Below are positions 46,958 to 56,187 of a DNA stretch of 64,000 nucleotides, in pieces. Every line of letters begins with the position of its first letter. The stretch's first letter is position 1. A model generated the notes under the pieces. That model saw only the letters and a program-made list of their open reading frames with translations. It searched no databases and was not told where the DNA came from. The DNA is taken from contig CAZGUZ010000004.1 of NCBI GenBank assembly GCA_964529025.1, positions 4,805-68,804 on the forward strand, read 5' to 3'. This DNA comes from an uncultured Candidatus Saccharibacteria bacterium. GTDB lineage: Bacteria > Patescibacteriota > Minisyncoccia > Phycocordibacterales > PALSA-1337. A program made the position numbers and the translations under genes.

Positions 46958-48745
46958 CTATTCCTTAACTGTTCGCTTAAACTTTGCTCGGTCAGTGGCA
47001 GTGAGATATTTTTTACGGAGTCGTACTGAAAGAGGAGTGATTTCGAGGTATTCATCGTCGCGCATAGTTTCAAGACCACGCTCAATGTCGAGCTTCCAAG
47101 CTGGTGTAAGCATGATGTGCTCATCAGAACCAGAAGCACGCATGTTAGTGAGCTGCTTTCCTTTGCATGGGTTAACCTCCATATCTTCGCCCTTTGATAC
47201 GTCACCAACAATCATGCCTTCGTAAACGTTAGTGCCCGGCTCAATAAAGATTCGGCCTCGTGCTTGTAGGTTCCACAAAGCAAATGCTACTGCTTGGCCA
47301 GCCATCATCGATGACATAGCTCCTGTTGTATGCTTTTCAATTGAGCCAGCATATTCTTTAAAGCCAACGAAACGACTTGCAAGAATTCCTTGACCCTTAG
47401 TGTCGATAACGAAAGCTCCACGGTATCCCAAAAGACCACGAGTAGGGATTTCGAAAATCATGCGAACCTGATTTTCTTTTGTCTTCATGTCTGTCATGAG
47501 AGCCTTTCGAACACCGAGCTTTTCGATAATTGCTCCAGAGAATTCCTCGGGAATATCGATAGTAAGCTCTTCATATGGTTCAAGCTTAACGCCGTTTTCT
47601 TCTTTAAAGATTACCTGTGGCTGTGATACTTGAAGCTCATAACCTTCGCGACGCATATTTTCAAGAAGAACTGCAATGTGGAGTTCACCTCGGCCATATA
47701 CTTTGTAGTATTCAGAAGAACTAAAATCTACCTTAAGACCAACGTTAATTTCGAGCTCTTTTTCGAGTCTGTCACGAATCTGTCGGCCAGTTACAAATTT
47801 ACCTTCTTTTCCGGCAAATGGAGAGTTGTTAACAAGAAAGTTAAGCGAGATCGTTGGCTCATCAATCGTAATAGCAGGCATTGCAGGAGTAGCATCGGCA
47901 TCGGTAATAGTTTCACCGATGTAAATATCAGGAATACCGGCTATGGTAATGATGTCGCCAGATTCTGCTTGGGCTACTTCGACACGCTTTTTACCTTCGA
48001 AAGAGAAAAGCTTAGTAATGCGTCCAGTAATTGTTGAACCATCAATCTTTTTTACAAAAACTTGCTGACCATTTTTAATGGTACCGTCATATACTCGGGC
48101 AATAGCAAGGCGACCAAGAAAGTTGTCATAGCCAAGGTTAAATGTTTGAGCAACAAGAGGTGCCTCAGGGTTTTTATTTGCCTTTGGAACAAACTCAATA
48201 ATAGTGTCGAGAAGTGGTGTAAGGTCTGTTGATGTATCGGTAAGGTTCTTTTTAGCAATTCCTTGGCGGCCAATAGCGTAAATTGTAGGGAAGTCGATTT
48301 GAATATCATTTGCACCAAGCTCCATAAAGAGTTCGAGCACCATTTCATGAACCTTTTCTGGCTGAGCAGCTGGCTTATCAATTTTATTGATAATAACAAT
48401 AGGGCGTAGGCCAAGTTCAAGAGACTTCTTAAGTACGAAACGAGTCTGTGGCATAGGGCCTTCCTGAGCGTCGACAACAAGGAGAACAGTGTCGATTGAT
48501 CGCAAAACGCGTTCTACTTCTGAGCCAAAGTCAGCGTGTCCTGGTGTGTCGACAATGTTAATCTTTGTTCCTTTATAGTTAATTGAGGTGTTTTTGGCGT
48601 AAATGGTAATGCCTCGTTCTTGTTCAAGAGCATTTGAATCCATACTACCTTCGTCGCCATGACCACATTGTGTCATGATTGCATCGGTAAGGGTTGTTTT
48701 GCCGTGGTCCACGTGTGCGATAATCGCAATGTTTCGTATATCCAT
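46958..48745 (-). CDS. typA: translational GTPase TypA/BipA
   Basis: [31 protein letters not shown]-motifs and EF-G-like C-terminal domains. Confidence 0.9.
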   Translation of the reverse strand: MDIRNIAIIAHVDHGKTTLTDAIMTQCGHGDEGSMDSNALEQERGITIYAKNTSINYKGTKINIVDTPGHADFGSEVERVLRSIDTVLLVVDAQEGPMPQTRFVLKKSLELGLRPIVIINKIDKPAAQPEKVHEMVLELFMELGANDIQIDFPTIYAIGRQGIAKKNLTDTSTDLTPLLDTIIEFVPKANKNPEAPLVAQTFNLGYDNFLGRLAIARVYDGTIKNGQQVFVKKIDGSTITGRITKLFSFEGKKRVEVAQAESGDIITIAGIPDIYIGETITDADATPAMPAITIDEPTISLNFLVNNSPFAGKEGKFVTGRQIRDRLEKELEINVGLKVDFSSSEYYKVYGRGELHIAVLLENMRREGYELQVSQPQVIFKEENGVKLEPYEELTIDIPEEFSGAIIEKLGVRKALMTDMKTKENQVRMIFEIPTRGLLGYRGAFVIDTKGQGILASRFVGFKEYAGSIEKHTTGAMSSMMAGQAVAFALWNLQARGRIFIEPGTNVYEGMIVGDVSKGEDMEVNPCKGKQLTNMRASGSDEHIMLTPAWKLDIERGLETMRDDEYLEITPLSVRLRKKYLTATDRAKFKRTVKE

Positions 48746-48823
48746 ATAGAGAAATTAGACCATAATTAAAGCAAAATAATGGCTTAATGTCAATTTATTT
48801 GTTATTGAGGGTATAAAATTCTA

Positions 48824-50101
48824 CTAGGGAACTCGAATTCGCTTGAGGAGAGGTGAAATATGCACTGCAATATCGTAACTTAGTGTCTTTGCTTCACGAG
48901 CAATTGAATAGAGAGAGTTCTGGTGCATAAAATCTTCTCCGCTCATGACACAAACTTCATCACCTTCTTTAATAATCATAATTTGCGAAGCTAAAGTAAT
49001 ATCAATTGCAGTAATGTTCATGCTTACTCTTCCAATGATTGGGCAATAGATTTCATTAATACGAACGTTGCCATTATTAGATAATGCTCGAGGAATACCT
49101 TCGTTGTATCCAAGGGGGATTAGGGCAATTAAGCGGTCGCGCGGAGCAATGTATGTCATATTGTAACCGACACTTTCTCCAGCTTTTACTTTTTTTATAC
49201 CATAGAGCTTTGCATATACAGACATAACTAATTTAAGAGGAACAATGTCGTCGACAGTTGCACCAATGGTAAGGCCAAACATACCACCGCCAATACGTAC
49301 AACATTGGCATGTGCTTGATTTGCATAATAGGTTCCACCTGTATTACTGATATGTGTGTATTTGAGTTGCGGAGCAAAAGGCGAGAGTTCTTGTACTGCA
49401 TTATTCCATGTCGTGATTTGTTCGAGAGATTTTGTAGGATCAGCAGAATCAGAATCTGCAAAGTGTGAAGCAAAACCGTGGACGTGTATTTTTGCCTTCG
49501 GACAGACTTCCAAAAGTTCTTTGAGATCAGTAAATTCGTTCGGCTTTATGCCTTGTCGATTCATTCCTGTATCAATTTTGATGTGAATAGAAACAGGTAC
49601 GGGCTCGAATACTCGAGTTGGTTCGCCTTTGTACTCAATGCGGTACTTAATGAGGTCGCGGAAATGATCCATACTTGAAATCATGTATGAACAATGCGGA
49701 ATACTGTCATAGTGTATGGTGCGTGCCTCGGTGTAGCCGGCAATAAGGATAGGGAGGTGTGTGCTTTGTGCGCGCAAAGCTTGTGCTTCAAAAAAAGAAT
49801 CAACAACAAAGAATGGGATTTTGTCGGCAAAATTCTCGGTGAGAATTTGCGCAACAAGGGTTGCACCATGCCCGTATGCATTGCTTTTGAGTACAGGAGC
49901 AATTTTGAGCGGTTTGTCCGCCTGCGCTAAAAGTGCTGACCACGCAGAAAAATTGTGCTTAAGGGCAGATTCAGAAATGCGTACGGTAATAAGGGGAGGA
50001 AACTTGCCAGCTCGTGCCGAGCGCAGTTTATAAAATATTTGTCGCAAGTTACGACCTACGGTGTACAACCAATGTGTTATAAAAAACGGCATTTTATACA
50101 T
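48824..50101 (-). CDS. alr: alanine racemase with about 35-aa N-terminal extension encoded inside a tandem repeat
   Basis: PLP-Lys motif APVLKSNAYGHG. The ORF continues to 50200, but the first in-frame Met codons (MYKMPFF) lie at about 50101/50092. Confidence 0.75.
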   Translation of the reverse strand: MYKMPFFITHWLYTVGRNLRQIFYKLRSARAGKFPPLITVRISESALKHNFSAWSALLAQADKPLKIAPVLKSNAYGHGATLVAQILTENFADKIPFFVVDSFFEAQALRAQSTHLPILIAGYTEARTIHYDSIPHCSYMISSMDHFRDLIKYRIEYKGEPTRVFEPVPVSIHIKIDTGMNRQGIKPNEFTDLKELLEVCPKAKIHVHGFASHFADSDSADPTKSLEQITTWNNAVQELSPFAPQLKYTHISNTGGTYYANQAHANVVRIGGGMFGLTIGATVDDIVPLKLVMSVYAKLYGIKKVKAGESVGYNMTYIAPRDRLIALIPLGYNEGIPRALSNNGNVRINEIYCPIIGRVSMNITAIDITLASQIMIIKEGDEVCVMSGEDFMHQNSLYSIAREAKTLSYDIAVHISPLLKRIRVP

Positions 50102-50391
50102 AGAGAGAGTATACAAGAAGTGGGGGGATGTTGCTATTGATGTGTGGGGTTTTAGTGTTGGCAGGTTAGGGTATTGTGAGGGGATCGAGCTACCCACCAC
50201 GTGCCGAACGTAGTTTATAAAATATTTGTCGCAAGTTACGACCTACGGTGTACAACCAATGTGTTATAAAAAACGGCATTTTATACATAGAGAGAGTATA
50301 CAAGAAGTGGGGGGATGTTGCTATTGATGTGTGGGGTTTTAGTGTTGGCAGGTTAGGGTATTGTGAGGGGATCGAGCTACCCACCACGTGC
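50010..50391. repeat. 187-bp tandem direct duplication (two units, 2 mismatches) covering the alr 5' end/promoter; a third partial copy of about 40 nt at about 51120-51160
   Basis: Unit gtgccgaRcgYagtttataaaatatttgtcgcaag...gatcgagctacccaccac occurs at 50014-50200 and 50201-50387. The motif cattttataYatagagaRWKYatacaagaaKg recurs at about 51120-51160. Confidence 0.8.
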
Positions 50392-50429
50392 TATTTACTA
50401 TCATTATACTGTATGTTATAATATAAATA

Positions 50430-50987
50430 GTGAAAACATTTGTAATCTTTCTGGATCAGCTTGAAAAGGCCGGGCTAGATGTAGAAGCTGTAGAAGCCTT
50501 TTCTGTGCTTTCGGGCGCAGAGAAGGCACGCATTGCCGCCGCAATGATGGCAGTGATGAGGGTACCGCCTGACTCCGGTCAGACGGTGGTCATGCAGCCT
50601 CCTCCGGTCCAGCAAGGCAAGAGCCGGAAGGTACATATCGTCAATCGCACGAGTGGCCTTCCGAAGGTGGAGTGCAGTGTCCACCGAGAATGGCCGCCAA
50701 TCGGTGTCGTCGCTATTGGCACTGAAATGTGCCTCGGTGATATCGAAGACGTTGGGCCGGGGTGGCGGCTGGCAAACCCAGCTGAGATGCTGTGGTATGT
50801 AGCTGTAGTAACACCAAAGACATCGTTCATTGGGGAGAGGGCTGTGGTCCACGGGAAGGGTTATCAACTTCTCCTTAAGTTGAGAGATGACGGGTCCTGG
50901 ACTCAAGAGTTTGGGACCATGGCAAAGGGCGGGAGTCACTTTCCAGCACTCCTCGTCAAGATCAACAACGAGGACTACATCATCTAG
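50430..50987 (+). CDS. hypothetical protein (GC-rich, probable acquired gene)
   Basis: 185-aa ORF with protein-like composition and GC about 58%. The antisense 264-aa ORF is Cys/His/Arg-rich and was judged spurious. Confidence 0.4.
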   Translation: MKTFVIFLDQLEKAGLDVEAVEAFSVLSGAEKARIAAAMMAVMRVPPDSGQTVVMQPPPVQQGKSRKVHIVNRTSGLPKVECSVHREWPPIGVVAIGTEMCLGDIEDVGPGWRLANPAEMLWYVAVVTPKTSFIGERAVVHGKGYQLLLKLRDDGSWTQEFGTMAKGGSHFPALLVKINNEDYII

Positions 50988-51179
50988 AGTACTTGCTCTG
51001 GATGATGCGCAAAAGACGGTCATTCTCGAAAGAGGTGGCCGTTTTCTTTTTTGTACTACGCAAGACTTTTTTGATAAGGATATACGCATTCCACATAACT
51101 TTGTATAGGTATCGGGTGATAAGAACGACATTTTATATATAGAGAATTCATACAAGAATGACTGATCGATCACGTAATT

Positions 51180-51208
51180 GACATATATAGCTAAAAGTAG
51201 TATAATCT
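51180..51208 (+). promoter_or_regulatory. consensus sigma70 promoter ttgaca - 17 nt - tataat
   Basis: Read directly, about 50 nt upstream of the 51261 ORF, with a gaggga SD-like motif before the ATG. Confidence 0.5.
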
Positions 51209-51260
51209 TCTTCAGAAAGGACCCTATAAACGGTTCATAACGAGCCGAGGGAACAATCAA

Positions 51261-51677
51261 ATGAGTCATTATTTACATAGAGGCCCGTCGAGGGTCGAGT
51301 ACCTCAAAGCAACCTTTTCGATGGTTGCCTCATCGGTGTTTTACTTCGTCGCAGCTGCCATCGTCTTGGTGGTGGCGCTGTGTCTGAAGCTCGACATCGA
51401 GTTTACGTACAGACCTATCTGGGCGCTGTTTGGTGTCATTGTGGCGATTGCATCGCTTGGGCAGTTGTGCTGGATTGTACCCAGCACAATCTACGCCCTG
51501 CGAAATGAGTTCAAAAATCAGGTCATCTGCGACATGGAGTCGCGGATCGACACTGCACAAGTGATGCTTCCGTGGCGGCTGCCACGAGAGGTGTGGGATG
51601 GGTTGGCTGACGACGCACAACGACTTCGCCGCTCTTGGAAACGGCGACAAGAGCGGCGGCGAAGTGCTGGGAAGTAG
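51261..51677 (+). CDS. hypothetical 2-TM membrane protein with Arg-rich C-terminus (GC-rich)
   Basis: TM segments VFYFVAAAIVLVVALCL and IWALFGVIVAIASLGQLCWIV; followed by terminator ggcggagga-cttgtt-cctccgcc-tttttt (51686-51720). Confidence 0.45.
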   Translation: MSHYLHRGPSRVEYLKATFSMVASSVFYFVAAAIVLVVALCLKLDIEFTYRPIWALFGVIVAIASLGQLCWIVPSTIYALRNEFKNQVICDMESRIDTAQVMLPWRLPREVWDGLADDAQRLRRSWKRRQERRRSAGK

Positions 51678-51685
51678 TATCCCAG

Positions 51686-51720
51686 CACACGAGGCGGAGG
51701 ACTTGTTCCTCCGCCTTTTT
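51686..51720 (+). terminator. intrinsic terminator
   Basis: Stem ggcggagga/tcctccgcc plus a T6 run. Confidence 0.6.
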
Positions 51721-51808
51721 TCTTAGCTAGTTTTCCTATTTGCAGTAATAAACAGTATGTATTGCATTTTTTACAAGATTAATGTATTCTGTGATCTATA
51801 ACAAAGCC

Positions 51809-51967
51809 ATGGCAAAACAGACCCGACTTATACAACTCAAGAATAAGGAAACTGGCGAAGTATACTGGACCGCTAAAAACAAGCGAAAAGTTGAGCGAAA
51901 AATCGAGCTCAAAAAGTACAGTTCAAAACTTCGAAAACACGTTTCATTCAAAGAAGGAAAGAAGTAG
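51809..51967 (+). CDS. rpmG: 50S ribosomal protein L33 (Cys-less, non-zinc form)
   Basis: MAKQTRLIQLKNKETGEVYWTAKNKRKVERKIELKKYSSKLRKHV aligns to L33; the four Zn-ribbon Cys are absent. Confidence 0.65.
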   Translation: MAKQTRLIQLKNKETGEVYWTAKNKRKVERKIELKKYSSKLRKHVSFKEGKK

Positions 51968-52032
51968 CAAAAATACCGCTCTGCGGTTTTTTGTTTGCGA
52001 TTCCGCAATTTTCGCGCTACAGTAGGTGTAAA

Positions 52033-52105
52033 GGGCGATTAGTTAAGTGGTATAACTACGGTCTCCAAAACCGTTGTCGGGGGTTCGATTCCCTCATCGC
52101 CCGCA
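52033..52105 (+). tRNA. tRNA-Trp (anticodon CCA)
   Basis: GGGCGATTAGTTAAGTGGTATAACTACGGTCTCCAAAACCGTTGTCGGGGGTTCGATTCCCTCATCGCCCG. Confidence 0.8.
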
Positions 52106-52124
52106 ACAGCAGTATGAGCTAAGC

Positions 52125-52430
52125 ATGTCTCGGCGAATACTGACTCTTGATCGAGCCAAAGAATGGATTAATAAATTTAACTTGGACTTACATTTTACTG
52201 GTGTTGGATACAAACAGAGTAAGGCTCCAGCGTGTAAAGATCTTGATATCTATGTTGATGATGATATTGATAAACTCGAGGAGTTGTTGAGTGTTGTTCC
52301 ACAGCGACTGTTGCTATCGTGGGATTATAATCAACATGTTCCCAGTTCAAACATTGCTCAACGAATTAATTCGTGGCACGAGATTTATAATTTTGTTATT
52401 TCAAATAACCTTCACGAGAGGAGTCGATAA
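52125..52430 (+). CDS. hypothetical protein
   Basis: ORF trimmed to the first Met after the tRNA-Trp gene; no TM (so not SecE); no recognisable domain. Confidence 0.3.
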   Translation: MSRRILTLDRAKEWINKFNLDLHFTGVGYKQSKAPACKDLDIYVDDDIDKLEELLSVVPQRLLLSWDYNQHVPSSNIAQRINSWHEIYNFVISNNLHERSR

Positions 52431-52472
52431 ATTCTTTGTAAGTTCTTTATAAAGTCGTGGTATACTCTGTGT

Positions 52473-53258
52473 ATGAATCGGTCTCTGGTTAAAGTAAGTA
52501 TTGTTATGAGCGCGGGAGTCGCTCTTATTTGCGCTCTTATTGTAGGAATTCCTCCACTACAAAATTGGATCACTCTTTCTACTGCGCGAAAAGCTAATTC
52601 TGTTTCGTATTCAGTTGCTAATGTGGTTGCTGCTGCGCATCAGGTGTGGGGGCATGCTTCGAGTACAACGTATTTAACGGTTCCTTTTCTTAAGCAAAAA
52701 TATTCGCTCTCGTGCGAAATCGCTTCTTTGCGCATGGCTTTAGCGTATAAAGGAAAGCCTATTGATGAAGACTTCTTAATTTCTCAATTGCCTTTTGATA
52801 CCATTGATCCTATTTCTATAGACAAAGTGACGGGCGCTCGAGTTTGGGGTGATCCATATAAGGGTTTTGTCGGCATCATCAATGGAAAAATGCCTGTAAC
52901 TGGCTATGGTGTATATGATAAGCCAGTATACGACATTGCAAAACTCTATGGCGAAGCCGAGCTCTTAGAGAATGCAACACTCCGCGATATTATTCGTGAA
53001 ATTCTTTTGGGTAATCCTGTTGTTGTGTGGGGTTCATTAACGGATGGAAAAGATATTTCTTGGTTTACTCCCGAGGGAAAGGAAATTAAAGCAATTGCAG
53101 GTGAGCATGCTCGTGTTTTCGTTGGTTTTTATGGTGATCCAGAGCAACCAACAGAAATTCTTTTAATTGACCCTGTGTACGGACATATTCGTATGTCAAC
53201 AGAAAAGTTTTTGAAAGATTGGTCTCTTTTAGGGAATATGGGTGTTGTGATTCGTTAA
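52473..53258 (+). CDS. peptidase C39-like domain protein (YvpB/C39_2 family), membrane-anchored
   Basis: N-terminal TM; FLKQKYSLSCEIASLRMALAYKG (catalytic Cys context) with later His/Asp positions. Confidence 0.5.
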   Translation: MNRSLVKVSIVMSAGVALICALIVGIPPLQNWITLSTARKANSVSYSVANVVAAAHQVWGHASSTTYLTVPFLKQKYSLSCEIASLRMALAYKGKPIDEDFLISQLPFDTIDPISIDKVTGARVWGDPYKGFVGIINGKMPVTGYGVYDKPVYDIAKLYGEAELLENATLRDIIREILLGNPVVVWGSLTDGKDISWFTPEGKEIKAIAGEHARVFVGFYGDPEQPTEILLIDPVYGHIRMSTEKFLKDWSLLGNMGVVIR

Positions 53259-53280
53259 TGATAAGCCTGTTTTAAATACT

Positions 53281-54264
53281 TTAATTGTTCGTACCAAGTT
53301 TGACTTTAATGTGATTGAGTATTTGCTGGGTATTCTTTGGATCAAACCAAACAATATCAGTATTTTTTTTATGCCAGGTAAGTTGGCGTTTTGCATACTG
53401 CCAAATTTTTGTTTCGAGTTCGGCGAGTAATTCCTTTTCACGAGGCGTTCCTTGTGATTTTTCTGCGATAATTTGCGCCATGTATGCATATTCAAGACCG
53501 AGCTCCTTGCAGCGTTCCAGAGTTAACTTTTGAGAATCGAGTAAGTGTTGTGACTCGGCAAGCATTCCATTATTGTATCGTTGAATAAGTCGCTCCGAAA
53601 TCAATAAGCGGAGTTCTGTAAGTGGAGGGCAAACACCAATCCAAATAATGTTGTAGTCTTGTGGGTCTATTTGATAGCTCTGCACTTGCTGTGGAGCGGC
53701 ATTCTCAGGTTGTACTTTAGACAAAGTTTGCTCGACAAATAATGCGCGAATTAAACGGCGTATGTTATGAGGATCAAGATTTGATGCTCGCTCAGGATTC
53801 AAGGTGTGAATATCGTGGAGGATTTCATTGGGTGTGCGCTTTTCTTGCTCTTGAATAAATGAAAGTGGTGTAGGGGGTACATTGTGCATGCTTGTTCGAC
53901 ATAAAAGTGTGTCGATGTAAAAACCTGTTCCACCGCAAACTATTGGAATAGAGTTGTGTGACTCAATTGCAGTAATTGCAGTGCGGGCATATTGTGACCA
54001 CGTTACAGCACTCATAGAACCCAGCTGTGATTGTGGCTCTTGTATATCGATACAGTGGTGGGGAATACCCGCCATTTCCGTGTGAGTAATTTTACCTGTA
54101 CCAATGTTGAGGCCGCAGTACACCTGCCGAGAATCTGCCGATATGATTTCGCCACCAAACTGTTGCGCAACTTTAATAGAAAGGCTAGTTTTACCCGCTG
54201 CGGTGGGGCCGGTGATGATAATAAGGGGTTTTTGAGCTGTTTTCATGCAAGGTTGGGTGCACAT
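53281..54264 (-). CDS. miaA: tRNA dimethylallyltransferase
   Basis: P-loop ITGPTAAGKTSLS and SADSRQVY motif. Confidence 0.85.
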   Translation of the reverse strand: MCTQPCMKTAQKPLIIITGPTAAGKTSLSIKVAQQFGGEIISADSRQVYCGLNIGTGKITHTEMAGIPHHCIDIQEPQSQLGSMSAVTWSQYARTAITAIESHNSIPIVCGGTGFYIDTLLCRTSMHNVPPTPLSFIQEQEKRTPNEILHDIHTLNPERASNLDPHNIRRLIRALFVEQTLSKVQPENAAPQQVQSYQIDPQDYNIIWIGVCPPLTELRLLISERLIQRYNNGMLAESQHLLDSQKLTLERCKELGLEYAYMAQIIAEKSQGTPREKELLAELETKIWQYAKRQLTWHKKNTDIVWFDPKNTQQILNHIKVKLGTNN

Positions 54265-54345
54265 ATTCGCAGCAGAGTATCATTCATTTCTCGTTCTGCT
54301 TCTACGGCTTGAGCTAGCGTTTCTCATTCAAATATTCATTTCGTA

Positions 54346-54430
54346 TGGTGCCGGAGGAGAGAATCGAACTCTCATGGGTTGCCCCGCACGATTTTGAGTC
54401 GTGTGCGTCTGCCAATTCCGCCACTCCGGC
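54346..54430 (-). tRNA. tRNA-Leu (anticodon CAA), CCA encoded
   Basis: Reverse complement GCCGGAGTGGCGGAATTGGCAGACGCACACGACTCAAAATCGTG...GAGAGTTCGATTCTCTCCTCCGGCACCA. Confidence 0.85.
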
Positions 54431-54532
54431 ATTTATTGCGCTACCTTTCGGTTGTCTATTACACGTGATACTGTAGCAGATTTTTAAATAAAATACGAGA
54501 CTTGCATTCGAGAGCTGGATCCACTGAGTTGT

Positions 54533-54565
54533 AATTGACAGACTCGATAAAAATAGGGTATATTC
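54533..54565 (+). promoter_or_regulatory. sigma70-like promoter ttgaca - 17 nt - gtatat/tatatt
   Basis: Read directly upstream of the GC-rich small ORF. Confidence 0.4.
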
Positions 54566-54677
54566 TATTCGTAGTTCTTTATTATGAACCCCCCCCAAAA
54601 AAAATCCCCTCCTCGATGTCCTATCGAGGGACGGAGACCCCACAGATGATGAGGTCGACAGTGTCGACCTTTCTACA

Positions 54678-54944
54678 ATGCTCGTTAAGGCGAGCATCAA
54701 CAGAGCTCCGACTTTTGCAAGTCCGGGGCTCGAGGGTGGCAGCTTTATTGCTGCGAGTAACGGCAACTTGCTTGCCGCAGAACACAACTCCACTCTGCGG
54801 TTTTTGCAGGGAGGTACTACGGGTAACCAGGTCGTCATGACCGCAGTTCCCGAGACCGGTAGTGCTGGTATGCTGTTCGGTATTGCGGCATGTTTTGTCG
54901 CCGGCCTTCTGTTCCTGCGGGGGCGCAGGGCAGTTGTTGGGTAG
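54678..54944 (+). CDS. candidate small GC-rich ORF (88 aa) with C-terminal sortase-like sorting signal (VPETG + hydrophobic segment + RGRR) but no N-terminal signal peptide
   Basis: AVPETGSAGMLFGIAACFVAGLLFLRGRRAVVG at the C-terminus. Flanked by a promoter (54533-54565) and a strong terminator gcggcgaccgt-ttgg-acggtcgccgc-ttttat (54964-54995). GC about 58%. Confidence 0.3.
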   Translation: MLVKASINRAPTFASPGLEGGSFIAASNGNLLAAEHNSTLRFLQGGTTGNQVVMTAVPETGSAGMLFGIAACFVAGLLFLRGRRAVVG

Positions 54945-54963
54945 AGCCTTGGGCAGGCTTTTC

Positions 54964-54995
54964 AGGCGGCGACCGTTTGGACGGTCGCCGCTTTT
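54964..54995 (+). terminator. intrinsic terminator
   Basis: 11-bp perfect stem plus T-run. Confidence 0.6.
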
Positions 54996-55096
54996 ATATT
55001 TCCTCAATTTAAATAAACATACATGTACCCGCTATGTTATACTAAGTATACGTTTGCAATGCATACAGCATTTAATGTAATTACTCATTTACCCAC

Positions 55097-56170
55097 ATGT
55101 CGCAGTACCAGAACGATTCAATTTTTTGGATAGAAGTAGAAAAGGTTAAGCCTAATCCATACCAGCCTCGCCACGAATTTGACGATGCTCGTCTCAAGGA
55201 TTTGGCTGAGTCTATTCGAATGTATGGAATTCTGCAGCCACTTGTTGTTACGCGCAAAGAAGTGTATCGAGAAGACGGCGGCTTACACACCGAGTACGAG
55301 CTCATTTCTGGGGAGCGCCGTTTGCGTGCATCTAAAATTGCTGGTCTAGCACAGGTTCCTGCCCTTATTCGTAGTGGCGAAGATGATGCCCGCGTAAAGC
55401 TCGAGCTTGCAATTATTGAAAACCTTCAGCGCGAAGATCTTAATGCTGTTGATCGAGCTCGTTCTTTCCAACGCCTTGCTGATGAATTCGGTCTTAAGCA
55501 TACACAAATTGCCGAAAAGGTAGGTAAAAGTCGTGAATATGTTTCAAACACACTACGCATTCTTGCTTTGCCTGAAGAAATGCTCAATGCTCTTTCTGAA
55601 GGAAAAATCAGCGAAGGTCATACTCGACCGCTCCTTATGTTGGTTGATCATAAAGATGAACAAATGACTTTGTACAAAGAAATTATGTACAAAAAGCTTA
55701 CGGTTCGCGAAGCTGAATCAATTGCTCGAAAAGTTGCTACTGATCGAGTGCGAAAAAAAGAATACGCTGTTGATCCAGAAATTGTTGAGCTCGAGCAGCG
55801 TTTTAAAGAGACTCTGGGAACACGAGTACATATTGAGCGCAAAGATCGTGGTGGCAAGATTATGATTGATTATTTTTCTCCCGAAGACTTGCGTGCCATT
55901 CTTGATTTGGTTAATTCAAGTTCTAAAAAAGTCGGCACAACATCGCTCGAGCGTTTTGAATCAACTCTTGCACAGGCAACCCCTGTGCAAACAGTAACTT
56001 CGACTGAGCAAGCCCAGACTCAAACTCAAGCTCCAGCTTTGGCTCAAGCTGATGAACTCAATACTGCTGCAGAGGTAAATCCTGCAATTCTTGATGATAG
56101 GACAAAACAAGAAAAACAAGCCGATGAAACAGACGAAGATTTATACTCAATAGCAAACTTTACGGTTTAG
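55097..56170 (+). CDS. parB: ParB/Spo0J-family partition protein with long Gln/Thr/Ala-rich C-terminal tail
   Basis: ParB box GERRLRASKIAGL and HTH region. No parA adjacent. Confidence 0.8.
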   Translation: MSQYQNDSIFWIEVEKVKPNPYQPRHEFDDARLKDLAESIRMYGILQPLVVTRKEVYREDGGLHTEYELISGERRLRASKIAGLAQVPALIRSGEDDARVKLELAIIENLQREDLNAVDRARSFQRLADEFGLKHTQIAEKVGKSREYVSNTLRILALPEEMLNALSEGKISEGHTRPLLMLVDHKDEQMTLYKEIMYKKLTVREAESIARKVATDRVRKKEYAVDPEIVELEQRFKETLGTRVHIERKDRGGKIMIDYFSPEDLRAILDLVNSSSKKVGTTSLERFESTLAQATPVQTVTSTEQAQTQTQAPALAQADELNTAAEVNPAILDDRTKQEKQADETDEDLYSIANFTV

Positions 56171-56187
56171 TTAGTTTGTCCGAGTTG

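Noticed and set aside
50475-51269. 264-aa minus-strand ORF antisense to the GC-rich gene at 50430-50987
   Set aside because: Cys/His/Trp/Arg-rich composition is typical of the antisense of a GC-rich gene. Its apparent start simply reuses the duplicated alr start motif. The plus-strand ORF is far more protein-like.
54314-54838. 174-aa ORF on the minus strand
   Set aside because: It reads straight through the tRNA-Leu(CAA) gene (the GVAELADAHDSKSCGA segment is a translated tRNA), so it is spurious.
54690-54860. RNase P-like motif aagtccggggctcgagg in the GC-rich segment near tRNA-Leu(CAA)
   Set aside because: Only a partial P4-like 5' strand is present. No complementary 3' P4 strand, GGGUAAACC motif or overall RNase P architecture could be found.
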